Made by a program: the position numbers and the translations under genes. Shown piece by piece: positions 17,723-26,690 of a DNA stretch of 64,000 nt (its first letter is position 1; each line of letters opens with the position of its first letter). The notes beneath the pieces were generated by a model. It saw only the letters and a program-made list of their open reading frames with translations, had not been told where the DNA came from and did not search any database. Source of the DNA: a virus; IMG/VR virus record IMGVR_UViG_3300045988_125846, positions 64,001 to 128,000 of that record; one strand, given 5' to 3'.

Positions 17723-17998
17723 TTATTTCCCTTTGTATTTTAATGGATATTTTGATAAATCCAAATATTCTGGGCAGTAAATACATGGTACATATTCTCT
17801 AAAATCATCATAATACCATGCTTTCCACAAAGTTGTACCTTTCTTTGCTAATTCCCTTGTTGCTTCCTGAAATGAATCTGCTAAATCCATATGATACACT
17901 TCCATATTTTCTCTTGTACGTTCCAAAATCTTTTTTGGTACTCGTTTTATAAAATCATTCTCATCAAATACTGTTTGGCTCATAATTATTTCCTCCAT
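17723..17998 (-). CDS. hypothetical protein
   Basis: 91 aa, GGAGG RBS. Confidence 0.55.
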   Translation of the reverse strand: MEEIIMSQTVFDENDFIKRVPKKILERTRENMEVYHMDLADSFQEATRELAKKGTTLWKAWYYDDFREYVPCIYCPEYLDLSKYPLKYKGK

Positions 17999-18030
17999 TT
18001 CTAAAACAAGAAATCATCCTTTCATTCGAC

Positions 18031-18201
18031 TTAGATACTATTCCATATCCAAGTCAAACATTCTTCAAATGTACCCGTATATAAGTCTTTTGCTTCTTTT
18101 GTATCATCGCCACAATCATACACTTCATATCCGTTTAGTCCTTGTGTGATAAAATACTCATCATTAACAATCCAATTTTCCATTTCTAATACAATATTCA
18201 T
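18031..18201 (-). CDS. hypothetical small protein
   Basis: 56 aa ORF below the track cutoff (MNIVLEMENWIVNDEYFITQGLNGYEVYDCG..). AAGGTGG RBS. Confidence 0.4.
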   Translation of the reverse strand: MNIVLEMENWIVNDEYFITQGLNGYEVYDCGDDTKEAKDLYTGTFEECLTWIWNSI

Positions 18202-18241
18202 GTAGCCACCTTACTTTCCAATAAATATTTTTCTATTTATT

Positions 18242-18433
18242 TCACTCATCCAGAACACCTATCATAGATGGTATCTGACACACTTTTAGTTCGCCATCAA
18301 ATAATTCTCTATGTTCTCTTGATTCAAAATATCTTTTTGCTTTATTATAAGCATCTTTTTTTGAATCTGCTTTTACTTCAATCATTCTATCGTGGAATAT
18401 TGCTATATAATTTCCATCTTTAATTCTTACCAT
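18242..18433 (-). CDS. hypothetical protein
   Basis: Start moved to MVRIKDGNY (AAAGGAGAG RBS). Confidence 0.5.
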   Translation of the reverse strand: MVRIKDGNYIAIFHDRMIEVKADSKKDAYNKAKRYFESREHRELFDGELKVCQIPSMIGVLDE

Positions 18434-18480
18434 AATACATCTCTCCTTTATAACAAATCCTGAGCATTGTAAATTATCTT

Positions 18481-18786
18481 TCATTTGCTTTTATTATTTA
18501 AAGCATCTATAAGACCTTTCCCGTTCTCTATACTAGATAATTTTAATTCTACATCAGCTATCGTACTAGCAGAAACCATTTTAACAAACTCAAATGATAC
18601 TTGCCCATTATTATTCTCTGCTACTACTTCAAGTCCATGAATTAATGCTTCTAATCCAGCTTTCATACCACCTAAGAAAGCTAACTGAATATTATTATCA
18701 ATTTTTTCCATGTCTGCCTCCATTCTTCTAAAGAAACTCTTGTTTACTTGCCTATTAAATAACAAATCTAATAATTCCGTTTCCAT
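18481..18786 (-). CDS. hypothetical protein
   Basis: 101 aa. The start is uncertain. Confidence 0.5.
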   Translation of the reverse strand: METELLDLLFNRQVNKSFFRRMEADMEKIDNNIQLAFLGGMKAGLEALIHGLEVVAENNNGQVSFEFVKMVSASTIADVELKLSSIENGKGLIDALNNKSK

Positions 18787-19015
18787 TAGGTAAATTCATA
18801 AATTCACCTATACCACCATGATATAATTTCCGTGCTTCTGTTCTTGTATAACCACATCCATCACACCAATCTGAACAAAAATCTTCCCAACCTGAATACC
18901 ATGCACATATTTCTGCTCTGATATTGTATCTATTTGCATGGGATTCTATCTTCTGTTTGATTTTATTAGTAAGTTTTATATACTGACTTAAATATTCTTC
19001 ACTTTTCTTGTCCAT
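18755..19015 (-). CDS. hypothetical protein
   Basis: 86 aa, co-oriented. Confidence 0.5.
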   Translation of the reverse strand: MDKKSEEYLSQYIKLTNKIKQKIESHANRYNIRAEICAWYSGWEDFCSDWCDGCGYTRTEARKLYHGGIGEFMNLPNGNGIIRFVI

Positions 19016-19178
19016 AAAATCACTCCAATCTTAAAATGAAATTGCTATTTCTTACTAACAACATTCCATATTTCCATACCAAAACCATCGCACACCATCA
19101 TAGCTTGCATATATATCATTATCTTTACTCTTAAAATATATTGGATAATCATTGTTTTTTCATTTTCATCACTCCAAT

Positions 19179-19538
19179 CTATACCAAATTCCATGTTTTA
19201 ATAGGTGTACTTACTGAAATATCAAAGTGTTCATCATTCCGTAAATCTTCAACCTCTTTTCTAAGTACAATACACTCAAATTTATTCTCTTTAATTGCCT
19301 TGCAAATCACTCTCATTGAACCTGCTTTTGATTTGTAATTTCTGTTAAAAGTAGCCATCTTATTTTTATCCGCAAAGCCAACCACCTTATAATAAATTCT
19401 GTCAGTTGCCTTCCAGAAATTTTCTGCAATCGGAATGAGAACATAATGTTCACACATCCATTTGAAATCCTTTTCCGTTTTGCTGATATAAGGATTACTA
19501 CCATCAACAAATTCTATATGCTGATATTTCATACTCAC
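19179..19538 (-). CDS. hypothetical protein
   Basis: 119 aa, GGAGGTG RBS. Confidence 0.6.
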   Translation of the reverse strand: MSMKYQHIEFVDGSNPYISKTEKDFKWMCEHYVLIPIAENFWKATDRIYYKVVGFADKNKMATFNRNYKSKAGSMRVICKAIKENKFECIVLRKEVEDLRNDEHFDISVSTPIKTWNLV

Positions 19539-19756
19539 ACCTCCTTGTAATCTTCCAATAGTTCATTTAAGTTGTCTTTTCTCCACCGATGAAGTTTTCC
19601 ATCGCCAGTGTAATTCCTAACAACTCCAACCTTACGACCCGCAACTTTCTGATCGTGCTGTATATACTGACGAACAGAATTGTGATGATGCCCGTCACTA
19701 TGTACCTCAATGTATTTCTGCTTGTTTCGTTTATTTTGATATGTTTTTACTCTCAT
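19535..19756 (-). CDS. hypothetical basic protein
   Basis: Start moved to MRVKTYQNK (GGAGGG RBS). Confidence 0.5.
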   Translation of the reverse strand: MRVKTYQNKRNKQKYIEVHSDGHHHNSVRQYIQHDQKVAGRKVGVVRNYTGDGKLHRWRKDNLNELLEDYKEV

Positions 19757-19757
19757 T

Positions 19758-19946
19758 TTAATATCCCTCCAATCGTTTCCACTCACCATCAATCCGTTTC
19801 CATGCAGTAGGATTTAAGCTATATAATTCTCTTTGAAATAACTCATCATATCTTTTATCCATCTGCTCTTTAGCATCGAACAGTTCCTCATGGTCTAAGT
19901 TTCCTTTATCTAAACCAGACAGTTTATATATTCGCAACTTATACAT
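19758..19946 (-). CDS. hypothetical protein
   Basis: Start moved to MYKLRIY (AAGGAG RBS). Confidence 0.5.
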   Translation of the reverse strand: MYKLRIYKLSGLDKGNLDHEELFDAKEQMDKRYDELFQRELYSLNPTAWKRIDGEWKRLEGY

Positions 19947-19951
19947 ATTAA

Positions 19952-20158
19952 TCACTCCTTAACTATTTTTAAATTTCCATAACATTTTCCGCACATTGAG
20001 TAATTCCTATCACACGACACACAAGAATCCCAATATCTATTATCTTTCTTGTATCCTTTTGGAAAAATAACTTCTCCTATTTCATTTAATTTTGGTATTT
20101 CTCTTTTACATTCATTCCCGTCATAATGACAAAAATAAGCTAATCTCATACTAATCAC
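19952..20158 (-). CDS. hypothetical Cys-rich protein
   Basis: 68 aa with several Cys pairs (CVSCD, CGKC). Confidence 0.5.
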   Translation of the reverse strand: MISMRLAYFCHYDGNECKREIPKLNEIGEVIFPKGYKKDNRYWDSCVSCDRNYSMCGKCYGNLKIVKE

Positions 20159-20327
20159 TCTCCTTCAAATTAGGACACAAACCAAGACCACCATCAATTT
20201 CAGGTACTCTTCTGTATGCGTCTCTATGAATACAATCTGCCTTATCACATTCGCTGCAACAACATTTCTTGTATTCCTCATAACTCATTTTGTAATTTGT
20301 CTCTTTAAATCTCTCTTCTGTCATCAT
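20151..20327 (-). CDS. hypothetical Cys-rich small protein
   Basis: 58 aa ORF below the track cutoff (MMTEERFKETNYKMSYEEYKKCCCSECDKADCIH..). Confidence 0.4.
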   Translation of the reverse strand: MMTEERFKETNYKMSYEEYKKCCCSECDKADCIHRDAYRRVPEIDGGLGLCPNLKESD

Positions 20328-20329
20328 AA

Positions 20330-20653
20330 TTACTGCACCTCCAATGCTTTCTGTACTTTCTCGTTAAACTCACCATATAAAGATTTCCATTTCTCAATCA
20401 TTTCTTCTGTAGGCTCACCAATAAGATTGTATCTTTCTTGCCTATATTCTTCGGGATCTTCACAACATTCTGTTACAAACACAGCAGTTCCAAATTTATC
20501 TGCATCACATCCAAAACCACCAGTTGCAAGTACAATTTGATATTTTGCATCTCTAAATTCTGGTTTAAAAAAATCTGGTTTAATTACTACTAACTTGCCT
20601 TCAATATTGTCACTTAATGGTTTACATTCGCTTCTATCAATTATTGTTTTCAT
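20330..20653 (-). CDS. hypothetical protein
   Basis: 107 aa, GGAGGTG RBS. Confidence 0.6.
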   Translation of the reverse strand: MKTIIDRSECKPLSDNIEGKLVVIKPDFFKPEFRDAKYQIVLATGGFGCDADKFGTAVFVTECCEDPEEYRQERYNLIGEPTEEMIEKWKSLYGEFNEKVQKALEVQ

Positions 20654-20861
20654 TATCGTTTACCTCCTTCACCCAATCTGGTTCATATCCTCTTGCTCTC
20701 CATTCTATTACAGAAACTTTGTAGCCTTCGTTTTCTGGAAATTTTTCTTTTAATAATTTGTAAACCCGTTTTGCTTCCCAATCGTATGTAAGCTCTCCTT
20801 GTTCTGTTGCGAATAAATATTTGCCATCTTTTGACACATTTATTCTTGTATAATCAACCAT
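20637..20861 (-). CDS. hypothetical protein
   Basis: Start moved to MVDYTRI (GTGAGGcaagtaaaATG, the same leader as the ORF at 22201). Confidence 0.5.
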   Translation of the reverse strand: MVDYTRINVSKDGKYLFATEQGELTYDWEAKRVYKLLKEKFPENEGYKVSVIEWRARGYEPDWVKEVNDNENNN

Positions 20862-20905
20862 TTTACTTGCCTCACTTTCTAAATAAACAGTTCTTTCATT
20901 TGGTT

Positions 20906-21544
20906 TTATGCTGCAAAAAATGTACCATCCTCTAAGAATTTCCATTCATTTGCTTCACATGTTTCTTCCATTATTTCATCATCCACCTCATAGAAAAATT
21001 CATAACCATATTTTTCATAATCAGCACATAATCTTTCAATAATTGCAACCACATATTTTTCAAGCTTCTGAAGCAATTCTTTACTTACATTTTTGTAATT
21101 TGCATACCATAAATCATTTTCCCATTCTTCTGCTAGATCAATTCTATCTACACAACAATAGTTATAATGATTATTCATAGGGAGTTTAATATCCATTCCA
21201 CATTCACTTGAATACCTACTGATTGTTCTTAATTCCTTTTCCGTAAAATATTCAATCAAATCATTAAATTCGTCTCCACAGAAATGACTTTTCGGAAGAT
21301 TTAAGACATTGCTTACATTTAACTCTCCATAAATATTCAATCCGTCTCCCTGACAGTAATTTAAAGAATACTGTAATTTCAGTTCGCTGTCTGGAAATAT
21401 ATTCCGTAAATCCTGCTCATAAATTTCAGTAAATTCTGATGGTCTAAAATCGTCATCTAAATACCACTGTTTTGCTTTTTCTTTTGCGTCTTCTGATAAT
21501 TCAGAAAAGTTATATACTTTGTATTCTCTTGTAACAACTTCCAT
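20906..21544 (-). CDS. hypothetical protein
   Basis: Start moved to MEVVTREYKVYNFSELSEDAKEKAKQWY. The N-terminal motif is reminiscent of proteins on conjugative elements, but no family is assigned. Confidence 0.6.
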   Translation of the reverse strand: MEVVTREYKVYNFSELSEDAKEKAKQWYLDDDFRPSEFTEIYEQDLRNIFPDSELKLQYSLNYCQGDGLNIYGELNVSNVLNLPKSHFCGDEFNDLIEYFTEKELRTISRYSSECGMDIKLPMNNHYNYCCVDRIDLAEEWENDLWYANYKNVSKELLQKLEKYVVAIIERLCADYEKYGYEFFYEVDDEIMEETCEANEWKFLEDGTFFAA

Positions 21545-21562
21545 ATCAATCAACCTCACTTT

Positions 21563-22201
21563 CTATGCTATCTGCCTTGCTATATCTTCAATGTTCCCAT
21601 TCATTACAATCACAGCATCTTTGTTATCAGGATGTTCACTCATAAAATCTCTCAATCCTTCAAACTGCTTATTATCTGCATTTTCAATCATCTGCCTTAC
21701 ATCTTTATTGTGTAGCTTAATCAGATAAACCTTTTCATAATACTGTTTGAATAACAGATTTTTCTTTTCACAATACTGCTTAATTAAATCAATCTGTCTC
21801 TGTTCCTTTTCTCTGATTGCTTCAACCTTTGCTTTCTCATTAGCTTCTGCTTGTTCTTTTCGCTTACGATTTCCAATCAGATGATTAAATAATGAGTTTG
21901 TTTCACACAGATCCCTAATAACTGCATTATCAATGTCATATGCATCAGGATTATCTTTGTCAATCCACCATAAGAAGTTATCAATTGTCCTGTTGAAATT
22001 CTCTTCAAAGATACATCTGTTACCAAGATTTCTGTTGTAGATTTCCTCTCCGTTTCGCTCAATCCGTAATGATGTATATACATTTTCATCTGGTTTATTA
22101 TTGTAGATAGTCCATTCATATCTATCCTGTCTGCCATATACGGTTAATCCGTATGCACTGTATAACTGTTTCTCTTCATTCTTTAAATATAAAAGTCCCA
22201 T
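21563..22201 (-). CDS. hypothetical protein
   Basis: Start moved to MGLLYLKNEE (GGAGG RBS). Confidence 0.6.
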   Translation of the reverse strand: MGLLYLKNEEKQLYSAYGLTVYGRQDRYEWTIYNNKPDENVYTSLRIERNGEEIYNRNLGNRCIFEENFNRTIDNFLWWIDKDNPDAYDIDNAVIRDLCETNSLFNHLIGNRKRKEQAEANEKAKVEAIREKEQRQIDLIKQYCEKKNLLFKQYYEKVYLIKLHNKDVRQMIENADNKQFEGLRDFMSEHPDNKDAVIVMNGNIEDIARQIA

Positions 22202-22202
22202 T

Positions 22203-22502
22203 TTACTTGCCTCCATAGTTCAAATCTAAATTTGTATATTTTGCCCATTTTCCTGTATAAACACCATTCATTCTTTCTTCAAAAGTTCTCTTTCTCATTC
22301 CATACATTTCTGTTGCAACTTTATACATGTCATAAACAAGATCCTTTTCCGTATCAATAATCATAAAATCTTTTGGATTTTTCACATTGTCCAATACATA
22401 CTGCATGAAATCTCTGAATGTAATTAGTCTGTTTGTTGTACACCATACAAGAATTTTGTTTTTGTCTTTGGTGTCTCTTGTTACAAATTTCATCAACTGC
22501 AT
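22203..22502 (-). CDS. hypothetical protein
   Basis: Start moved to MQLMKFVTRD (AAGGAGAA RBS). Confidence 0.55.
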   Translation of the reverse strand: MQLMKFVTRDTKDKNKILVWCTTNRLITFRDFMQYVLDNVKNPKDFMIIDTEKDLVYDMYKVATEMYGMRKRTFEERMNGVYTGKWAKYTNLDLNYGGK

Positions 22503-22572
22503 TTCACATTCTCCTTCATAATAAAATAAGACAGACACAATTATTTGCATCTGCCTTTATTTATTCTCTGTA

Positions 22573-23058
22573 TTAATCTACTTTCTCTTCTTTTGGTGTG
22601 ATTAAACTCATAAGATTCTCTCTAATATAACCACAGAAAGCATCAATACTTCCATTTCCAATAGTCCAACAACTATCTTCATCATAATTCCAATGGATAA
22701 TTACCTCATGCCCTGCTGTGATATTAGGTAAATCAGCATCTTCCTTTCTCGCATATGAACTATTTGAAAGAGCTTTAAGATATACATATCTTCTGATATT
22801 CTCAATATCTCTTTCTGTTTCTGCATTGAAAATCTCTACCAGATGGTCATCAGAACATTCATCATAAATATCATATTCAGAAGCTCCATTTTTCTTATTA
22901 TCAAGTCTCTTTAACTCTTTGCTGATTGCAAACAGTGCTGATTCCTCATACTTTTTACACTCTTCTTCACTTCTAAATACTGTGCCATCTTCTGCGATGT
23001 ACTCTGTTCTTACAAGTTTCTCAATTGTTTCTGTTTTTCTTACTTCGTTTACTCTCAT
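22573..23058 (-). CDS. hypothetical protein
   Basis: 161 aa, AAGGAGA RBS. Confidence 0.6.
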   Translation of the reverse strand: MRVNEVRKTETIEKLVRTEYIAEDGTVFRSEEECKKYEESALFAISKELKRLDNKKNGASEYDIYDECSDDHLVEIFNAETERDIENIRRYVYLKALSNSSYARKEDADLPNITAGHEVIIHWNYDEDSCWTIGNGSIDAFCGYIRENLMSLITPKEEKVD

Positions 23059-23162
23059 AGTTTTAATCTCCTTTTCTCTTATACTATATATCGTGGTTAC
23101 TCGTTTTATGCACCACTATATCTTGTAATTATTTTACCAAGAAATTACAATTTCCTTTGACT

Positions 23163-23396
23163 TTAGAATACAAATACTGCTGTTGTTCTTGATGTAATCG
23201 CATATAATTTTCCAGTCTTATTTCCTTTTAACAGCATTCCATTACATCCATATACACCACTTGAATATCCGACTTGTGTGTAATATCCTTCTGTTTCTTC
23301 GATCTGCCTTCTCGTATCATTATTTCCGTATGTAATATCTTCTGCAAGTCCATCTTTTACCATCTCTTTTAACTGTCTCTGTGTATACTTTGTCAT
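23163..23396 (-). CDS. hypothetical protein
   Basis: 77 aa, co-oriented, 3 nt gap to the upstream ORF. Confidence 0.55.
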   Translation of the reverse strand: MTKYTQRQLKEMVKDGLAEDITYGNNDTRRQIEETEGYYTQVGYSSGVYGCNGMLLKGNKTGKLYAITSRTTAVFVF

Positions 23397-23399
23397 ATC

Positions 23400-23915
23400 T
23401 TATTCCTCCGTTTCTGTTTCGTGCCACTGCAATCCTCTTGCTTTATATAATGGAATCCAATGACTTTCATAAAAATCATATCCAGCTCCATCAATTCCAA
23501 AGAAGTAACCAAACTCTTCACTTTCATAAATTCTAAATCCGCACTGTGACATCAGTTCAATTCCGTTATCTTCTTCTAACCACCAATCATCACACCTATC
23601 TCCAAAGCTCCACATTGTTCCCCACATTGGAAGATAATCATCATGATTAACTTCAAAATCGCCATTTTCACATCTGATTTCTTCTCCGTTGTCAAGTGAG
23701 ATAATGTATTCTTCCGTTTCTTCATCAAAGTCTGTGATTTCTCCATAGTCTCCATTATCAAATACATATACTCTGTCATATTTGCTTGGCTTTGTAACTT
23801 CTGTCCAATCATCGGGATGATCCTGAAATAACCGTAAAATCATTCCCTGTGGAATTGCATTCATTTCATGTACCCATGCTTCAGTTGCTTCTTTAATTGT
23901 TTTAAATCTGCTCAT
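23400..23915 (-). CDS. hypothetical acidic protein
   Basis: 171 aa with an LPMWGTMWSF motif. No family assigned. Confidence 0.6.
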   Translation of the reverse strand: MSRFKTIKEATEAWVHEMNAIPQGMILRLFQDHPDDWTEVTKPSKYDRVYVFDNGDYGEITDFDEETEEYIISLDNGEEIRCENGDFEVNHDDYLPMWGTMWSFGDRCDDWWLEEDNGIELMSQCGFRIYESEEFGYFFGIDGAGYDFYESHWIPLYKARGLQWHETETEE

Positions 23916-23986
23916 AATCGTTTCCTCACTTTCTTGTAATAAAATAGGCAGCTAGTAGATTATTCTCCTAACTGCCTTTACGTTTG

Positions 23987-24202
23987 CTATAAATTAATTG
24001 CGTTTCCATCTTCATCATATTCAATTGGTGCAATGTGAACGGCATAACCGATTTCTTTTTCTTTGTCGTAAATCTCCATTGTGCCACCTGCACAAAATTC
24101 AAATGAGAACCGCTTGTCATCCGATTCAAGCAATTTAATCAAATGATCCGTGAGTTCGTTTAAGTTCCGTGCATCTTCTTTTGATTTTTCAATACTTGTC
24201 AT
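23987..24202 (-). CDS. hypothetical protein
   Basis: 71 aa. Confidence 0.5.
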   Translation of the reverse strand: MTSIEKSKEDARNLNELTDHLIKLLESDDKRFSFEFCAGGTMEIYDKEKEIGYAVHIAPIEYDEDGNAINL

Positions 24203-24208
24203 TTTGCT

Positions 24209-24400
24209 TCACTCCTTTTCATAAATCTCTAACTTATGTAACAAATCAAACATTGCTACATATCTGCCCTGATTCCGTTCTTTGAGTTTATCATTGTCGT
24301 TCTGCATTGCATTATCATAATCTTTATTTACTTTTCTAAATTCCTCTGCAATAATTTCAAGAATTTCATCCTTTGTCTTGCTGCATTTATATTTTGCCAT
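24209..24400 (-). CDS. hypothetical protein
   Basis: 63 aa. Confidence 0.5.
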   Translation of the reverse strand: MAKYKCSKTKDEILEIIAEEFRKVNKDYDNAMQNDNDKLKERNQGRYVAMFDLLHKLEIYEKE

Positions 24401-24417
24401 TTCTCTTCACCTGCTTT

Positions 24418-24636
24418 CTACATTTCATCAATAGCATTGTGCATTCGTTCTTTTGCGTCTGCTAACTGTTTATCTAAATCCTCAAAGCATTTCTGTTTTG
24501 CTTCATCAGACAATTCCATATCTTGAATCACCTGTTTATCTCTCTTAATAGAATTTAATTCATCCATTAATCTATCAAAATCATTTGCGTCTCTTTTTGC
24601 ATCGTGGCAATGCATGATTGCTCCTCTATCTGTCAT
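24418..24636 (-). CDS. hypothetical protein
   Basis: 72 aa, GGAGTGAAG RBS. Confidence 0.5.
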   Translation of the reverse strand: MTDRGAIMHCHDAKRDANDFDRLMDELNSIKRDKQVIQDMELSDEAKQKCFEDLDKQLADAKERMHNAIDEM

Positions 24637-24669
24637 TTTCGCTTCACTCCTTCCTAAGAAATCTTAGAT

Positions 24670-24840
24670 TCAGCCTAGATATATTCTAACTACGAAGTCA
24701 TTTATTTCAACTGCGTTTGGCGTTAGTTGTAAGTTGTGTTCTGTAAGTGGCAACTCTCCCCATATACCAGCTTCGTCTAATAAATGAATCTCTTTGCCTT
24801 TATTTTCTTCTATAATCTGTTTAACCGTTTTTTCTACCAT
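24670..24840 (-). CDS. hypothetical small protein
   Basis: 56 aa ORF below the track cutoff (MVEKTVKQIIEENKGKEIHLLDEAGIWGELPL..). Confidence 0.4.
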   Translation of the reverse strand: MVEKTVKQIIEENKGKEIHLLDEAGIWGELPLTEHNLQLTPNAVEINDFVVRIYLG

Positions 24841-24872
24841 ATTTTTCCTTTCTAATCTAAAGAAATGCGAAT

Positions 24873-25118
24873 TTACTCTGTTTCTACTTCATATATCTTC
24901 CAATCAATATTGTATGAATCCGTCTGAATGTTCGCATCATATTCATCAATGGACGATTCATTTCCTTCTTCTACTAAATTCTCATATCTGCCTTTCATTT
25001 CATCATAAGCTTCTATATAAGAATCATATGTATCAGGCTCATTTATACTCTGGTTCTCAACCTCTATTAAAATCCATTTACTCATTTCTCTTACCTCCAA
25101 TTCCAATGAAACACGCAT
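24873..25118 (-). CDS. hypothetical acidic protein
   Basis: 81 aa, GGAGG RBS. Confidence 0.5.
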   Translation of the reverse strand: MRVSLELEVREMSKWILIEVENQSINEPDTYDSYIEAYDEMKGRYENLVEEGNESSIDEYDANIQTDSYNIDWKIYEVETE

Positions 25119-25121
25119 TTA

Positions 25122-25298
25122 CTATGTTTCTTTAAACTCCTCTTTTGGATCAACAAACTCAATCTTCTGTACCCAGATTGTACACTTGTATTCCTCTTTC
25201 AGATGCTTGTACGCAAGTTTTGCACTCTCTTTATTATCTACAGTGCGAAGACGCTCTAAACTTCCATCTGTGTTATAACAACCTAATCTGTACTTCAT
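25122..25298 (-). CDS. hypothetical small protein
   Basis: 58 aa ORF below the track cutoff (MKYRLGCYNTDGSLERLRTVDNKESAKLAYKHL..). AGGAGGA RBS. Confidence 0.4.
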   Translation of the reverse strand: MKYRLGCYNTDGSLERLRTVDNKESAKLAYKHLKEEYKCTIWVQKIEFVDPKEEFKET

Positions 25299-25582
25299 GA
25301 TCTATCCTCCTTCTTATGAAATATCCATTTACTCCTTTATAATTTCTGTGGAAATAGAAATTCCATCAACAAGGAATCCTTCCAACATTTCCTTCGCAAA
25401 TTTCATCGCTTGCTCATCATTAGCTGCCCCCAATTTCTTTATAGAAAGCTCTAATTTTATTTTCTTTTCGTAATATAATTTGTACTTTAAAAATCATATT
25501 TATCTCCATTCTTTCTTTTGAAATATCTGTTTACTCTGCTATTACATTTATCGAGATAATAAAATCCTTATCTTCCTGCTCA

Positions 25583-25789
25583 TTATCTTTTAGAGACAAT
25601 TAAATTTCCTGTTAATGTAACTTCGATTCCGTTTTCATACTTTCTAAGACTTCCCTTTTCAACCTCAAAATCATTATATTTAAGAAAAATACTATCTCTC
25701 CCATTGTATTCAGCTACAATTTTTCCATCCAACCATACATAGACATTTTCATTTTCGCTTATATATGATAATAAATCATCTAATCGCAT
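25583..25789 (-). CDS. hypothetical protein
   Basis: 68 aa. Confidence 0.5.
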   Translation of the reverse strand: MRLDDLLSYISENENVYVWLDGKIVAEYNGRDSIFLKYNDFEVEKGSLRKYENGIEVTLTGNLIVSKR

Positions 25790-26187
25790 AAATTATACCC
25801 TTCGCTTTCTTCTGCCTCTTTCAAACTCTCTTCATCTACAATGCAGTAACAACCAAGTGCATCTCCAACTCTGTCATTATCAACTCCAAGCGATGTAACA
25901 ATTTCGTTGAATGTGCCTTCGCTATAATCTTCCCTGTAAATTTCAAGGTGTTTCTGACCTTTGGTTACATAGTGTTCTTCAGTTTTGCTTCTGAAACAAT
26001 CTAAAGCATTTTGCAAGCAATCGGCTTTTCTCTTTGCATTATTCCAATAAGTAAAATATGTTCCATGCGCCCACTGCTGATCTTCTGGTTGTGTTGGATC
26101 GTAACCACTAACAACCACATACTGAGTATCACTTTCGCTTTGTAGTAAGGCATAATTATCTTTCCGTAATAACTCTGTCCATTTCAT
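25780..26187 (-). CDS. hypothetical protein
   Basis: Start moved to MKWTELLRKD (AGGAGGTG RBS). Confidence 0.55.
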   Translation of the reverse strand: MKWTELLRKDNYALLQSESDTQYVVVSGYDPTQPEDQQWAHGTYFTYWNNAKRKADCLQNALDCFRSKTEEHYVTKGQKHLEIYREDYSEGTFNEIVTSLGVDNDRVGDALGCYCIVDEESLKEAEESEGYNLCD

Positions 26188-26200
26188 GTTCTTACACCTC

Positions 26201-26371
26201 CTATTCAATCACTTCTACTTCTTCGCTTAATCCTATGAGCATTAAATCTTTCATTGGACAATTTTTATTCAAACAATCTGCCTTAAATATGAATCCATCA
26301 TTTGATGTACAGATCCATTCTTCTTTCATGTGCTTAAATTTTGTTCCAACTTTAATATTTCTTGTCTGCAT
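26201..26371 (-). CDS. hypothetical small protein downstream of the HicA-like gene
   Basis: 56 aa ORF below the track cutoff (MQTRNIKVGTKFKHMKEEWICTSNDGFIFKADCLNKNCPMKD..). GGTGGAGG RBS. No HicB features seen. Confidence 0.45.
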   Translation of the reverse strand: MQTRNIKVGTKFKHMKEEWICTSNDGFIFKADCLNKNCPMKDLMLIGLSEEVEVIE

Positions 26372-26375
26372 AGTT

Positions 26376-26573
26376 TTATACCTCCACCAAATTGTTCTCT
26401 TTTATAAGTCTTTCACGAACCATTCTGTTTAAATCCTTATTGACTGCTATAATTTTATGAGAAGTTCGATTCATGTAAATAAAATGACTTCCCCTACACC
26501 GTGTAAATCTATAACCATTCCGTAACAGAATCGGCTCGAATTCTCTTAATTGTTTTGTCTTTCTATATGCCAT
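26376..26573 (-). CDS. hicA: HicA-family toxin homolog
   Basis: 65 aa with LLRNGYRFTRCRGSHFIYMN..IIAVNKDLNRMV, matching the HicA/YcfA pattern (G-x-x-x-x-R-x-x-GSH-x-x-[FY]). GGAAAGGA RBS. Confidence 0.65.
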   Translation of the reverse strand: MAYRKTKQLREFEPILLRNGYRFTRCRGSHFIYMNRTSHKIIAVNKDLNRMVRERLIKENNLVEV

Positions 26574-26690
26574 AATTTATCTATCCTTTCCTTATTATAA
26601 TGTGTTTGCCCGTATAGTCTGATAGCACAGCTTCATTTCACTTTTACCGATGTTTCATATTAATCACTCACTTTCTAATTGTTTATTCTC